A stretch of DNA of 64,000 nucleotides from Harriotta raleighana (GCA_050575255.1 JBNZDD010013577.1:1527696-1591695), one strand, 5' to 3'; positions 14,600 to 27,390 are shown, numbered from the stretch's first letter. Notes: a model not told the origin generated them from the sequence alone. Numbers and translations: made by a program.

Positions 14600-14990
14600 G
14601 GGTTGTTGATACATCTGATACCCTCAGCCTATTCAACCAGGCCAGTGTGGGAAGTGAAAACGGAAAGACCATGGAACAAATAGCCGGCATTTGTGCTACA
14701 GGTCCGGGCTCCTTTTATTCTTCCTCTGATCTGCCATCAGCCTTTTCCAGCTCTGACTGACAGGTGACATTCACGGGTTGTTTTTTGAATGGGAAGCTGG
14801 AGCACTCGGATGGTTATCGAAAGAGACAAACGTAGTAAAATGTCAAGCCACCACCAATACCTCCTCGCTCTCTTAGTCAGTGTGCTTGAGTTTGTGCCTG
14901 GTGTGCATGTTCCAGGGCAGCCCTGCCATAAAAGTATTGAGATAATAACAAACGGTGATATCCTCCTGGATCTTGCTGCACACACTATTA
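14600..14990 (-). pseudogene. Candidate pseudo-exon, RGS22-like
   Basis: ORF 14737-14985 contains KRARRYWWWLDILLRL...QKTTRECHLSV, versus recalled RGS22 GERYWWLWMDIERL...EKMKKCYLVS. Boundaries not resolved. Confidence 0.45.
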
Positions 14991-16339
14991 AGCTGACTTC
15001 ACATGGGCATTTTTGTTGTTTTTAAAGGGGGAAATGAAACAATTAGCAAGCAAATAGCTTCTCTGAACACCAGTGAAGAGCTGAGTCCAACCCGCAAGTG
15101 TATTAGATTTTCATATGAAAAGGCTGGATCACATACCCAGTCTAAAGGTCATACAGTATCTCCTCATTGCTGTAAGGTTCCCAGCAACATGAGATTGCTA
15201 TTGAGGAGCCTTGCATGCATAAATCCGCACACAGAAGGTGTCAGCGATTAAACTATCGTATTTCAAAGGCTCTACAGTAACTCAGAAAGGAAGAAAGAGG
15301 TCCTGTGTCTTTTGTCAGTCAAAGAGCTACAGTAGGTGATAATTAACCCATTTTTGTTGAGAAATCCTGTGGACAAAAGTCAAGGGATTACCACCCAATC
15401 TATTGTTGCTTTAAGATAAGAAGGTTTTATCCTACTGTACAAAGGCCTAGTCAGCACTGTGAAGATAGTGATTAGAAAGTACGCTGTTACTTTTCAACAT
15501 AGTATAAAAAAATTAAAAAGGATTTTACTTGAAAACATTAAAAAAAGATTAGCAGCAGCTTTCAGCTCTCTGTGGCAGACTTCCTTCCAGGATTAACAGC
15601 TGACTCCCGCATTTTGCTAAAATATTTATCAGGAAAGAAGCAATTATTATTTTATTAATTAATATTTAATTGTAGCAAAAGTTGGCAATGATTTATGGGT
15701 TTGGTTAATTGCTGAATAGCTGTTTAAAGGTAAAATCAAAACCAAACAAATCTGCCCAACATATTTTGTTTTCAAAAATTGTTTTGTGTACTTAACAGAT
15801 TTTAATTATTCTTCCACTAAAGAAAATCGGTTTATGTCAAAGGCTATCTCATTTATATAATAATAATATCAATAGAATTTGTATTTGATATGGTACCTTT
15901 TCCAGGAAAATGTCTCAAAACACTTCATGCAATACGTTATAAAGTGTATTAATTGTGTAGTTTGTGTGCAAATGCAGCAGCCCATTTGCATATAGCAATG
16001 TCCCGCAAACAGAGGTGAAGTGAATGATCAACATTAATTCATGCAATTTTTATACAATCGGAAATAATACAATGATGTAACTTTTAGGAGGTTGTTGTCC
16101 AATTATCAATCAAATCCCCATCTTAATAATAGTAATAAAGAACAATAAGTAACACATACAATATAGCCCCTTATCACATTTTAACATCTCAAGTGTGTTT
16201 TCTGAAAAGTGTAATAACTATGGTTTATTACAGGCAAATGTGGCAGTTAATTTACGCATTGCAATGTCTCGCAACAACCATGGAGTAAAAAAATATTTCT
16301 ATCTGGGTTATTATCCGAATACTAACGTAAACTCTATTT

Positions 16340-16650
16340 TGCAGGGCATATGGGATTTTCAATAAAATAGGGTTTCAAATGAGAGAGGGAGTGATGCAGA
16401 GGGATTTAGGAAGAGAAGTTCAGAAAGTGGAGGGCAAAGTGTCTGAAAGCCTACCCACTGATGGTGTGGCAGAGTGTGTGAGTGCGTGTGGCGGGGGACA
16501 GGCCAGAGTTGTTGGGATGGAGGAGTGACTGAAGGAGTAGGATCACAGGAGATGGCGGGGGTCATGGACATGGGCATGGAAGCATTTAAAGATAATCACA
16601 ACAATCTTAAGTACGTTCGCCGAGGACAAAGATGCTGATGATAAGCATTT
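16340..16650 (-). mobile_element. Degenerate L2 fragment
   Basis: Purine-rich sequence similar to 47450-47780. Confidence 0.6.
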
Positions 16651-17319
16651 GGAGGGTCTAACTCAACTATTGGCTGAAAAGCTTGATGTAGGGCTTGTAC
16701 TCATGACCTGCCGAGTCAGAGGTGTGACTCAACTAAGCCATTATTCTCTGTTGGTTGGTCCATCTACAGGGAGTAAGACAATCATCTAAAAATTCTGTAT
16801 TTTGCCAAATACATCCTCTCTTCTACACCCATCGGTCCATTTATCAAGTATGAGCACAAGCACAATCATGAATCGCAGGCCAGCCTGATTCTGTCCTCAC
16901 CTGATATCCACATCCACTGCTTCTAACAGCAAGAGTTGATGGCAGTATCTGGTGCAGGAACCTAGTCGATTTTACCTTCTGGTCCAGGAGCATTGAAGCC
17001 AATTATAAACACCAGTTCATTACTCTGCACAGATGCCCTGATGCCCTGAGAATAGCATCATACCATCGAGTTTCAGCCTTTTTGCCCTTGTTCTCTGGAT
17101 CTCAATCTCTGAGTCACTCCAACTTGTTCTCTCATTCAAGATTTGTCTCACAACGTTTCACCCTGCTTGGCTCACACCCCCAGCTCAGGTGCTCAGATAG
17201 TCCTGTTAAGCACTTTGGACATCTTTCCAACATGAAAGATTATATAAATGTAAGTTCGCATTGTTTTGCATTGAGTGTTAGTGTTAATACTAATTCAGAT
17301 ATTCTGAAACCTTTTCTGT

Positions 17320-18007
17320 TCAGTAACCCTCCTACCTTTCTGCCCTCCCTCATCCCAACTCTCCACCACCTCCCTCACCTCTTGCTCGGGTCCCGATCCC
17401 AGACTGTTCAGCATCTTGGACGCCGTCCTGAAGTGAAAGGTGCTCTACAAATGTAATTTTGTTGTTGTTCTGAAACCCTGTTATAGGCATGTGAAATTTA
17501 TATTAATAATAGTACATAAAATAAGATTTTCAGGCCTCGAGTTATTAACAAATCATTTATTTAACTTCTTCTACAAAATACACCCATAATATACATAAAC
17601 TATAGTATCTTCTACAATATAAGGGCTTTGAGAAGTTTCAACAACACAAGTCGTTGTATCAGTTGTAAGGATTGTTATTATTCTAAAGCTATTTTAACAA
17701 CAGCGCAAGGACATCTAACAAAGCATCCAGACGAAATGGGTTTGGTCACCAGGATCATCTGAGTTAGTTGAACTCATTTGGTCCTCTACAAAGGATGCCA
17801 TAAATGACATGAATCACCCCATCCCTTGGCTCCTTCAAGACCCACCTTTCGATCTAGCTTTCAATCAACCTCCTTCCCACATGCGCCTCACCCTCCCCAA
17901 TCCCTACCCCCAGCTCATATCCAAAATACTGTCCGTCCAGCACCTTGAGACATCCTCCCAATGTGAAAGGCGCTGTACAAATGTAATTTTGTTGTGTTTT
18001 GTTGTTA
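17320..18007 (+). mobile_element. Cluster of L2/SINE 3' tails (about 17100-17265, 17320-17470, 17600-17680, 17820-18007)
   Basis: Repeated gtgaaaggcgct..acaaatgtaattttgttgttg tails. The same tail occurs at about 44410, 49740, 52025 and 53197. Confidence 0.75.
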
Positions 18008-18056
18008 TAATCCAACCAAAGTTCCTTGTCCCAACATGAATGGCACTATAATAATT

Positions 18057-18414
18057 CAGTAAAACCCCGTTTATCCATGACCCAATCAACTGGATTGCTC
18101 GACCCCCTCCCGGGACAATTCCCCATTCCAGCAATCGCGACTTTGCTCACTTTGCGCATGTGTGCAATGCGTGCGCATGTGCACTTGTTAAACATACGGA
18201 CTTGGGTTTTTACCAATCTTTTTACCAAGTGTGCTGGAATGCTTTATTGGTAAGTGTCCATACAATATTCTGTTACTATGTAGTCTATTATTAACATGGT
18301 ATGTTTTAAAATAAGTTAATTTTTTATGTTGGGTTTTCGGCAACTTGCCGCCTGTTTGTCTGGCAGTCAATTAGTCAACACCCCCGAGGGTGCCAGATAA
18401 ATGGGATTTAACTG
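18057..18414. mobile_element. Tigger/pogo-type non-autonomous DNA transposon (MITE)
   Basis: Imperfect TIRs: CAGTAAAACCCCGTTTATCC versus the reverse complement of the right end CAGTTAAATCCCATTTATCT. TA follows the right end. Confidence 0.7.
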
Positions 18415-18415
18415 T

Positions 18416-18748
18416 ACTTGATTTGATGTAGTGCTTTAACATGTCTTCGAGATATCTCTAAGTGCTTCACAGAATATATTGTAACTTGAATTCACTGTAT
18501 ATTTTGTGGGCAAAATGCATCAGACAAATAGTCATGGATTGCAGTGACCAATTTATTTTTTTGGAAGAAATTATTACCCCCGGAGAAGCGATCTGTCAAT
18601 CAACTAGCAACTGTGCTTCTGCTAACTCCTGGGTAAAGAGAGATGTGTGAAATAGGGAAATTTGCCCAACATTTTGCCCTGCCAGGAATCAAACCCAGGT
18701 CTCTCGCTTGCGAGGTGGGCACTCTAACACTGAGATGCAGAACTCCAC
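18416..18748 (-). mobile_element. tRNA-headed SINE, same family
   Basis: Reverse-complemented head cgcaagcgagagacctgggtttgattcctggc plus body. Confidence 0.85.
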
Positions 18749-19258
18749 TAAGTTTTAAAATTATTTTATCGAGACAATAGTTCCTTCCATTCCTCAAGCA
18801 ACAACAATGATAATCTATTTGTATAATCGATGCCTTGTCGCAATAGGCTTTAATCATAATAATAATAAATCACGTTGTGAGGATGTCTCAAAGGAATTCA
18901 CAGGACATACTATAAAATGTAGTGACTGTGTATTTTGTAGGCAAAACTTGGCATCCAATTTGCACCCTGCAATATCCCACAAATAGCCATGAAGTAAATA
19001 ACCAATTTTTAACTGGAATAGAACAAAATAACCCCAAAAAACAAGTACAATTGTATCTGAACACGTTGTGCTTGTATTCAGTATCTATCAGTTAAAAAAT
19101 AAACAAGCTCACATCCAGCCTTGGGGTTCAGAAGACACTCTAGTTTGTGCTGTCACCTGAGCCCCTCAATTGAATAAACTCACTTCCTGTTGCCTATTAT
19201 TCTAGATATAAATAGAGGTCATGAATATGTTAATATCACAATATGATTTGTTTTCCAC

Positions 19259-19557
19259 CTGTTACTGAAAAGCGGCTCATTTCCTACTTTTCCACTCATG
19301 ACATGGACAGATTTGCCCAGAATATTAGCGCCATGGAAACCAGGCTAATGTCACAGGATATGTGCCAGCAGCCGGTTACTGACTTTGTCTTACAGCTCAG
19401 CAATAGCCGATGTCTGCTCTTGGTCTACATAATAGCACAATAGCAGGGCGTAGTACAGCTCCGAGTGAGCGAGAACGTATCTGTGTCTGATTGTGCAACT
19501 TCAAAGAACAAACATTTTCCACATGGTTAGACATCATCATGTCATACTCTTGTGTAG
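19259..19557 (-). pseudogene. Candidate pseudo-exon (RGS22 N-terminal-like) overlapping a CpG-retaining regulatory-like block
   Basis: Fragments GKCLFFEVAQSD and IRHRYVLAHSELYYALLLC. ttcag acceptor and CAG|GTGGAA donor. RFX-like gcgccatggaaac at 19328-19340. Confidence 0.35.
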
Positions 19558-19969
19558 CTGAACTCCCCAATAATCAGGGAATGTTGCCCAGGCAGTTATC
19601 GGTCACTCAGACTAGTTGTTATTTCTCCCTTTAGCCCCATCCGTTTTGCAAGGCCCAGGTTCAAAGCAAGGCCTCAGCGTCCCTGGGCAGCTGAGCCAGG
19701 TGGGAAATCTGTTTATGTGTTCCTTCACCTGATCATCATCCAGTGACCTCCATACAGGATCAGGCTCACTTCTGAATCTTCATCCGTCACACTGAAATAG
19801 GCACAACCACTCATAGCCCGTGTTCACAAATGAAGAATGGGCTCTATGGTATGGTTTCTGAAGCCTGTGAGATCCATGGAGACCCCTAGAATAACTAGCC
19901 GTCTTGAGAAGAGATAATGGAAGAAATTCAAAGAGCAAAGGGTAGAAGGTCCTCATAGAATTTACTGAG

Positions 19970-20240
19970 AGTTTAGCTCACTTGGGGGCACTCTTGGCTT
20001 TGGGTCAGAAGGTTATGAGTTTCAAGCCTCACACCAGGACCTGAGCTCCTAATCCCTCATTCAAATTCACAAAAAAATTTAACAGATAAATTAGCCATTC
20101 ATCTCATTGCTGTGTGTGGGACGCTCTCGGCACAAATTAACTGCTGTGATTGCCTATGTAACAGTCACTGCACTTAGAAGTAACTAATGGAGTGCAGCAT
20201 TTTGACGTGATAAGGCAATGTATCAAATGCAAGTGTTATC
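19970..20240 (+). mobile_element. Old DeuSINE (SacSINE1-like) fossil
   Basis: tRNA-like head tagctcacttggg..gtcagaaggttatgagtttcaag and Deu core cattgctgtgtgtggga..caaattaactgctg. Confidence 0.7.
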
Positions 20241-21101
20241 TTTATTGATCCTTACAATGCAGTAACACTACAATAAAAAGGAATGTTCTTGTGCCAGTAA
20301 TTCCAATCTACTAGATAAAAGGGCAATTGTATAAGGAGGATTTTAAACCATTAAGGGACACTATAACACACATTATTGAGATCAGGTGTTTTCTTCCGTT
20401 TTAAAAAAATGGTAAATAGCAATTGCTCACATTACCACTTCTTATCCAGTACATGTCCAGAGCTCAAAGCAATTTACAGAACACCCAGTAGTTTGGTTCC
20501 CAGTGTTTAAGACTCGTTATCCAACAAAAGTTGGTGGTCCTTTTTTTTCATTCCTTTTCGGCTTGCAGTCTTGTGTTGTAATGACACGTCTCTTTATAAG
20601 TAAATGAAGCTCCGCTTTCCTCCCTTCAGCATTTTGACTTTTGCAGTCAGAATTACAGCTCTCAGCAAAGCCCAGCGGGATTCCTGCGATCTGCCAGTAG
20701 GCACTAGCTGGGCCTCCTGCACAAACCTGGCTAATCCGTGCAAATCAGATTAGGCTAATTTTCAGAAAAGAGCTGGAAGTCACACCTCACGCCAGACAGA
20801 TTGGGGCTACCAGACAGCGTACACAGATCCATACACGCCCGCATACACGCAAGCACGCACACACACCACGCGCACACACAGACACACACACAAACATGTA
20901 AGCAATAGAAAGAAAGACCTTGTATTTCTATTGCAACTTTGAAAAGTTTCACAGCGCTTCAGTGAAAATGACATATAAAACATTGGATTACATTATATAT
21001 ATGTCATGTCGCCCACAAAATATACATTCAGTTTACTTTGCAGTATATCTCGAGAAGCACGTTGAAATGTCCTCAAGATAAGGTGGTAAATCAAATGCAA
21101 G

Positions 21102-21104
<3 letters not shown>

Positions 21105-21148
<44 letters not shown>

Positions 21149-21149
21149 T
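21105..21149 (+). repeat. (TA)n(CA)n microsatellite
   Basis: Direct reading. Another (TA)n lies at 2385-2407. Confidence 0.95.
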
Positions 21150-22249
21150 AGTGACTGCTTTTGTAGGGAAATCGGCTTGCTATTTGCATTCCACAAACAG
21201 CCATGAGGAGAATGGCTAAAATAATTGAATGACATTTTTTTAGTATGCACGCATTACACATAAACACACACACACACACACAAACAGACTACAGGCTAAC
21301 AATTTCTGCATCATAATAGCTCATTTTTACTCTACCTTCCTTTTCCAGCATTCCCTCGGCCTTTCTGTTCACCCGTAGCAATTGTGCTAATTAACATCAG
21401 GGCAGACAAGGCAACCCGATCTCCTCACGTCATTCCCCACTGACTGCCTTATTATACTGCAATTCTCTACCATTTCCTTTAAGACTATTAGGGTCTCACT
21501 AATACAGAATGTGCTGCATTAGCTGATCTGATTTGGGGGCAACAACGCTGCTGCGATTCAACCTCCCTGGGCTACGAAGGAGAAAATTGAAAATCAGTCA
21601 GGGTCCACTCCTGAGCTGTGATCCCTCCTGGAAAGGTGAGTGAGTGAGTGAGTGTAGACATTGAGTGATAGGCTCTATTTTGCTGTTTTGAATGGTCAAA
21701 TATGTTTTAGCCACTCACTATCTAACATCACACCTGAAGAATGATTGCATGGGCAAGGGATCAGAGGTTGTCCAGCTCAGATGAACCATAATAATCAACA
21801 TAAGGCATTGACTTCAGGAGAATGCATGAGGCGAAGCACATTGGCAAAAACTTTATTTTGCAAATAAGCTTGAGTTTCGAGTGATTTTTCCAATGTAAAA
21901 TAGCACATGTTATAAAGTTGTGCTGATGGTAATGTGGAAGTGTTGTAAATCCCACAGACAATGATTTGTACCCAAAGAGTGAATACCAGTGCATCATTTG
22001 AACATGAAGAATTCCCCCAGCAAGTCCAACTCTGTCCTCACACATACAGACATTGGTTACAAACCTTGGGAAATTGCATAAACCATAGGATGCTGAGGCC
22101 AGCTGGAGCACTCCCATGTTTGTTCCACCTGAGACCAGCTAACTCAGTGCAAACTGGAGATCAAACCAACAATCTGGATGATGTGGTACATACCACATGG
22201 GTCATTTACTTGGTATAATTTCCAAACCATCAAAAGAAGCTTCTTGAGG

Positions 22250-22435
22250 AGTAACTTTAAAAGAGAATAACAACTTTTAAAAGAGAGGTAGATGTTTATT
22301 TGGGGGAAGACGGGTTTGCACGGCTATGGGGAGAGAGCTGGGGAGTGGGATTGAATTGCTCTTTTCAAAGAGCCGGCACAGACTCGATGGGCTGAATGAC
22401 CTCCTTTTGTACTGTAAGATTCTATGATTCTATGT
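22250..22435 (+). mobile_element. CR1 LINE 3' end
   Basis: Highly similar to 5925-6089. Ends in (ttctatga)n. Confidence 0.88.
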
Positions 22436-22569
22436 TTCACTATAAAATAATATCACTGGTCACAAATTATATTATCTCCATAGAGCAACCTGTACAATTC
22501 CAAGCATAGTATATAATGCACAAAAATGTGTTTCTGCTATTGATTTATTTTGATGCTGCCAATGATGTT

Positions 22570-23446
22570 TATGCTATTCCTAACTGACACCACCCCTCAA
22601 GCTGTTGCAAGAGTCTCTTATCAAGCGACTTTACAAACTCCCACATTACCATCAACATCGGTAGGAATCTGTCACAACTGGGAACACTTAGCATGTCTTT
22701 GTAAAGATATGTTAACAGCTCTGTGGAACAGTGCCGACGAAACAAGCAATAACACAACAGCTGTAAGATCTAACCTTGTTTGAACAGACGAGATGATCTC
22801 CGAGGGAAGTGTAAGTTCTAGTTCTATATCTACCTTGGTTCAGGCATTTCTTAAAAAAAACATTTTGTTTCATCTTCCAGTTATTCGCTCAAGTCACACG
22901 TTTTATTTCCAAAGGTTTCTGGTTACAGGATGCGTAAGAACTGTGCAGAGAAAATAAACCCCAAATAACGCTATCACATTTGTCAAGGCAGCGGGGTTCA
23001 GCATATAGATGGACAAGGCTGGAGACAAGGAAATATTCCATTACACAAGGATCATCTATAGTTTCAAAAATGGTTCCCAATATAATCAAACTATAGCACA
23101 ACTGGCAACAATGGCTACAACTTTCTTTCTTTAGGGGAGGAAAAATCAGGATCCATATATTGTTCCAGAAAGTCCATGGCTGATGCTGCGAGAAATGTCC
23201 TTTTGAATTCATCTCCATTTCCTATCGTAGTCTTTTCATAACATGAACTGTGTAGCTCACCCAACACAGTTCAGTCACACTGGCAAGCAAGCCCAGACTG
23301 CATGTCATTCAGTTTCGCAAAACCTGTTTCTAGTATTTGTATCTTTTGCCTTAAGCCTGAGCTATGGGATGTAACGGGATTCAAGAGTGTTTTCATTGGC
23401 TCAGCTGCATGGAAGCAATAAGTTATATATCCCATTCCTGGCTTTT
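22570..23446 (-). pseudogene. Large pseudo-exon with two RGS-like repeats
   Basis: Acceptor tttactcttactctctttatccag, in phase with the 23723 donor. Fragments GDEFKRTFLAASAMDFLEQYMD, LFSLHSSYASCN..LEIKR, FFKKCLNQG, ELTLPSEIISSVQTRL..SSALFHRA and CDRFL. The 3' end is approximate. Confidence 0.6.
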
Positions 23447-23722
23447 CTGGATAAAGAGAGTAAGAGTAAATGGGGTGGGAGGACATAGGCATTGCAATTA
23501 GAAAATTCTCTCATAATATAATATTTTTTATTCAATAATTTTTCACCTTTGACAGGTCCACTTTTTTTCCATCAAAATTAGAGATCTCAGAAGAAAAGTA
23601 ACCATCGAAGTCACAAGATCTCAAAGATCTTCCCGTTACAGCATCCCAAGCTGTTACTTAAAGGAGTCCAGTGACCAGGCTTCAACCATCCTTCCTGCCA
23701 ACCCAATCCAGCTGCGATTTAC

Positions 23723-23844
23723 CTTCTTTAAAAATAAATATTTCCTGGATTCGATCTCAAATATGCCTTTCAAACTCCTTAACCAGTCTCTTATGTCCTG
23801 TTATCAGCAGCTCAATGCTTTGTTGCAATGTCAGTGAGCTTGTG
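23723..23844 (-). pseudogene. Pseudo-exon (122 nt)
   Basis: (CT)n/T tract plus tgttag acceptor and G|GTAAAT donor. Reads LQQSIELLITGHKRLVKEFERHI*DRIQEIFIFKE with a single TGA, compatible with CGA deamination. Confidence 0.65.
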
Positions 23845-24827
23845 CTAACATACAAAAAAACAAGAGAGAGAGAGGCATCTATTATAGACACCATAAAATT
23901 GCAAGTTCTTTATTCAAATTATCAGACTAAGGAAAGTTTGAAATTAAAACTAAAACTCACTCAAAAGCAGGACATTGCTTTTTATAATGTTCCTATTAAC
24001 TGGTGATTAAAATACATCACAAGTTACTTCAGCGTCGATGTGAATTATTTTACCAATTAATGGATGTCTGCTTGCTCATTATCCTTAAATTAAAACACAC
24101 CACGGTCCCGAATCACAGAGATGTGCTGATGTGCTATTTTCTGACATGCGTCTAACAATGGCTATGTTTTTTTCAGTTTAAATTCCACAAATGACAAATT
24201 TACAGTTATAGAAAATCAGCACAGTATTGTGATTAAAGGTTAGTAAAATGTAATAGGATATGTGCTTTCAAATGGTATGCTGACTTGCCACAATATTCCT
24301 AATTTATCTGATCATTGCTGAGAGGATGACTGTCTTCCCTAGATGCAAAGAACATATTGGGGCATGGCTTTGCTTATCTCACCCAAATGGCCGTTCTACA
24401 CAATTGAACAAGTGTTGGCAGATTATTCAGCCATGATGGTGTTTTTTGGGGGGAGGGGGGGTGGAAATCACAGCCAAGTCTGATCCTTCCTTCACCAGAT
24501 GTCCACATATATATACCTTCCAGCAGGAGTCACCCGATCAGGATCAGGATGTTTCCTTTCCGTAGCCAAATGCTGAGACCAAATGTCATCCCGTCCAAGT
24601 ATCAAACCTATGGCCTTCCAGTCTGTCTGTATGGCTCAGTGCTACATTGGATGGTGCCTTGATCCCTGGGTCATTGAGGTACTCCTAGGATCTCTTTAAA
24701 TCACATCACAAGAGCAACGATGTAAAAAAAATCCCTACAGGTCCCAGGTGGTAGGTGCAATGTTTTATTAATATTATTAATCTGCTTTCCAGACATTCTT
24801 TCAGACTTAATGGGTGGGAGCCTTTAC

Positions 24828-24993
24828 CCTATTAAAACATAAAATGCCAGATTCCCACCCAATTTATTTTCAATATTGTCACACTGTGTTTATTAATTCA
24901 AAGTTATATGAATTTTAAAAAATCCACAAAAACTCTGTCGCTATTTGGATTATATTTCCCTCTGCAAGTTTCTCGCGTGGTTCAAAGAGGACA
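24828..24993 (-). pseudogene. Pseudo-exon (166 nt)
   Basis: Strong acceptor ctcttccctctgtactacttacag and donor GG|GTAAAG. Phase-1/2 frame has RQSFCGFFKIH...GNLAFYVLI (cf. F..FL...NLxFWxxI) with 4 stops. Confidence 0.5.
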
Positions 24994-25186
24994 CTGTAAG
25001 TAGTACAGAGGGAAGAGTATTCTTGTACCAATTAGACTAGCCCAAAGGCAGTATTCTAATGAGGAAATAAATTGTACAGAGCACTACAATGACTGCCGTC
25101 ACTGGGTTTTAATATGGTAATTTGTACTGTAATGGTGCTCAAACATCCTAACTCATTCGAACAGGATAAATAAAATACATATTGGC

Positions 25187-25438
25187 CTGTTTTGTTTCGA
25201 AGTGGGAAGAATTCAAGACAACTTGACAGTTGTGAGGCCTGAAATATGACATCAGTTGGTAGCCTGTACACAAGAGTCCGTTCTGCAGCTTGTGGTTCAG
25301 CTTCAATAATTATTCAGCAGGACAGACAAATCCCCTGGTCCCTCAAGAGTGTTCTGCTCTACAATGCTTCACCAACAAACTTTCACATCTCCCCTGTCAG
25401 TGTGGACATTACTTCAGGTAGGCCTGCTTCAGACAAGT
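25187..25438 (-). pseudogene. Pseudo-exon (252 nt, phase 1/1)
   Basis: tttaag acceptor. Reads DLSEAGLPEVMSTLTGEM*...LVYRLPTDVIFQASQLSSCLEFFPLRNKT with 3 stops. Donor is non-canonical or decayed (G|gc). Confidence 0.45.
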
Positions 25439-25667
25439 CTTAAACACCAATAGGGATTAACCCATTGTTGGCACCAAAGCAAATTGTCTGTTTAGATTCA
25501 AACCTGCTTTCTACCTATATTATCACTGTCTCCCAGACATTTTTTTCTCTCACTTTCACACAGATCAATTTTTCTCTCATTTTCAATCTAAATTCCTCTC
25601 CCCCACCACCTCACACACACCAATTTCCTGATGGTTTATCTGCTTTTTTTTCCCTCAGAGTCTCCTA

Positions 25668-26311
25668 ACAACAACAAAATTACATTCTTATAGTGCCTTT
25701 CATGTTGGGAGGACGTCCCAAGGCGCTATACAGACAGTATTGCAGACCCAAGATGAAGCAGGGGAGGAAGGAGGGAGGAGGGCAAGGGAGGAAGAAGGTT
25801 GATTGAAAGTACGGTCAAAGAGGAGGGCCTTGAGGTAGGCCATGTAGAGGCAAGAGATAGGCCGAGGCTGAAGGACGGCGGGGTGAATTTCCAGAGGAAG
25901 GGGGAAGAATGGCTGAAAGTCCATCCACCAATAGTGAGGCAGGTGAGCCAGGGAATGTGAAACAGGCCGAAGCCCCCCGAAAGGAGGGAGCAGGCAGATT
26001 GGTAGGGGATTAGTAGGTCGCAGAGGAAGGAGGGTTCGAGGCCATGGAGGGCCGAGAAGCAAGTAGTTTCCATATTCAAGCCTGGATATTAAAAATGCAT
26101 GTATGAGAGTTTCGGCGGCCTTTGATGGAGCTGGGCAATGTTGCAGAGATGGAGGAAGGCAGAACAGGTCGTGACACAGATATGGGGTAGAAAGGATAGT
26201 TGAGCCATCCTNTTTGGGACAGTGATGGAGCTGGGCAATGTTGCAGAGATGGAGGAAGGCAGAACAGGTCGTGACACAGATATGGGGTAGAAAGGATAGT
26301 TGAGCCATCCT
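25668..26311 (-). mobile_element. L2-clade LINE 3' fragment
   Basis: CSAFLHLCNIAQL..AAETLIHAFLISRLEYGN is an L2 ORF2 C-terminal motif. L2 tail reverse-complemented at 25668-25740. Artefactual duplication around N26212. Confidence 0.9.
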
Positions 26312-26839
26312 CAGTGTAGCTGCTGCTAATATATAGAGCAGAATATCGCAGCTTCCTACAGTACTGACTTGCACTGAGGTACAATTCCACTAGTGACTTT
26401 CTGGCATCTTTGTCGGGTGCTCATTCCTCAGTCGTCAGCCCAGGCAGTGTGTGTGAGCAGGACTGGGATGGCATCTCAGCCAAACTCAATTGTGTCTCAC
26501 CTTGAAATTCACAGGCTGTATCACTGCTACAATCAGAAGCAGGAGCCTTAGCTGATCCTCCCCCTCCCCCTCTCTCTTTCTCACCTAGAAACATTTATCA
26601 CTGTCCTGTCAGACATGACCTAAAGTGCACAGAGAAGGGATCGAACATAATCCTTTCCCGTTGTTTATGATTCAATACTACAACTTGCACTAAAGTTCTC
26701 TAATGGAACTTAGACAGGGGGTGGTAGAATTAAATTGTGTGTGTAGAATTAGAGATATCTCTGCCAATGGTCGACTCAGAAAAGGTTCTTCAGTTTAGCA
26801 ACAGCTAATATATAGAGCAGAAGGTCGCAGCTTCTGTGC

Positions 26840-27120
26840 TGTATTATCTAATCTCAGCTGGAGGTTGAAGATAGTAGTTGGAGCCCTACAATTAGCCTAA
26901 CACCCATGGGGCAGCACTTGGCCAGCCAGGGGGATAGTTAACCAAGGTTCCAGCTCCAGCTAGCTTTTGACCTAGTGATGCCTATTGGGAAGTGTGTGTG
27001 TATGTCTGTGTGGTTGTACAGAATGTGCTGTGATGATTTGAATGCAAGAATAGCTGACTGTCACTCACTGTTTAGGAACAACAATGAGGGATGGCCACCT
27101 GAGCAAAGTCAGTGCTTTTA
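26840..27120 (+). mobile_element. AmnSINE2-like ancient SINE (representative of about 20 copies)
   Basis: atctcagctgg..ctacaattagcc..accaaggttcc..agtgatgcc..ggaagtgtgtg..aatagc..cactcactg..atggccac. Related copies at about 1-130, 13400-13700, 16800-17050, 19660-19900, 21510-21780, 21950-22210, 24370-24680, 31110-31330, 39120-39340, 44050-44180, 46960-47250, 62770-63090 and 63830-64000. Confidence 0.65.
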
Positions 27121-27183
27121 GAAAAGGGGCTAAATTGGCAAAGAAAGACTTAGAAGTAAGGGGAATTCTGGGCGGTACTGTAC

Positions 27184-27390
27184 CTCACGCACACTAAAAT
27201 GTTTGATCACAAGGTAGCTCATGCTTTCTCTTAGTTTGATTGATGAAGGGAGCTGCTGCCCAGAGCTCTCCATTTACATCTGATCTGGTTCTCAAAATTT
27301 GCATTGGCTTTTTTCCTGTAGCTCCAACCAATTTTGTCATAAAAATTGATTGGGAAATCCTCTTGTTTCTCTCAGCTCTTCATAGAGCAA
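27184..27390 (-). pseudogene. Pseudo-exon
   Basis: Long CT tract plus ccag acceptor and GAG|GTACAG donor. Reads LLYEELRETRGF, then shifted GELWAAAPFINQTKRKH (cf. ADxxAGxPFxxFL). Confidence 0.55.

Noticed and set aside
21761-22117. 118-aa minus-strand ORF as the next exon
   Set aside because: Largely overlaps old SINE copies, with no clear splice sites or family motif.
23268-23760. In-frame TGA codons as possible selenocysteine
   Set aside because: The same frames also carry TAG/TAA stops and frameshifts. CGA/TGG decay is the simpler explanation and I saw no SECIS.
26123-26311. Perfect 89-bp tandem duplication
   Set aside because: It flanks a single N (26212), which is typical of an unmerged contig overlap.
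25700-26374. Longest ORF (224 aa)
   Set aside because: Frameshifted L2 remnant lengthened by the artefactual duplication.
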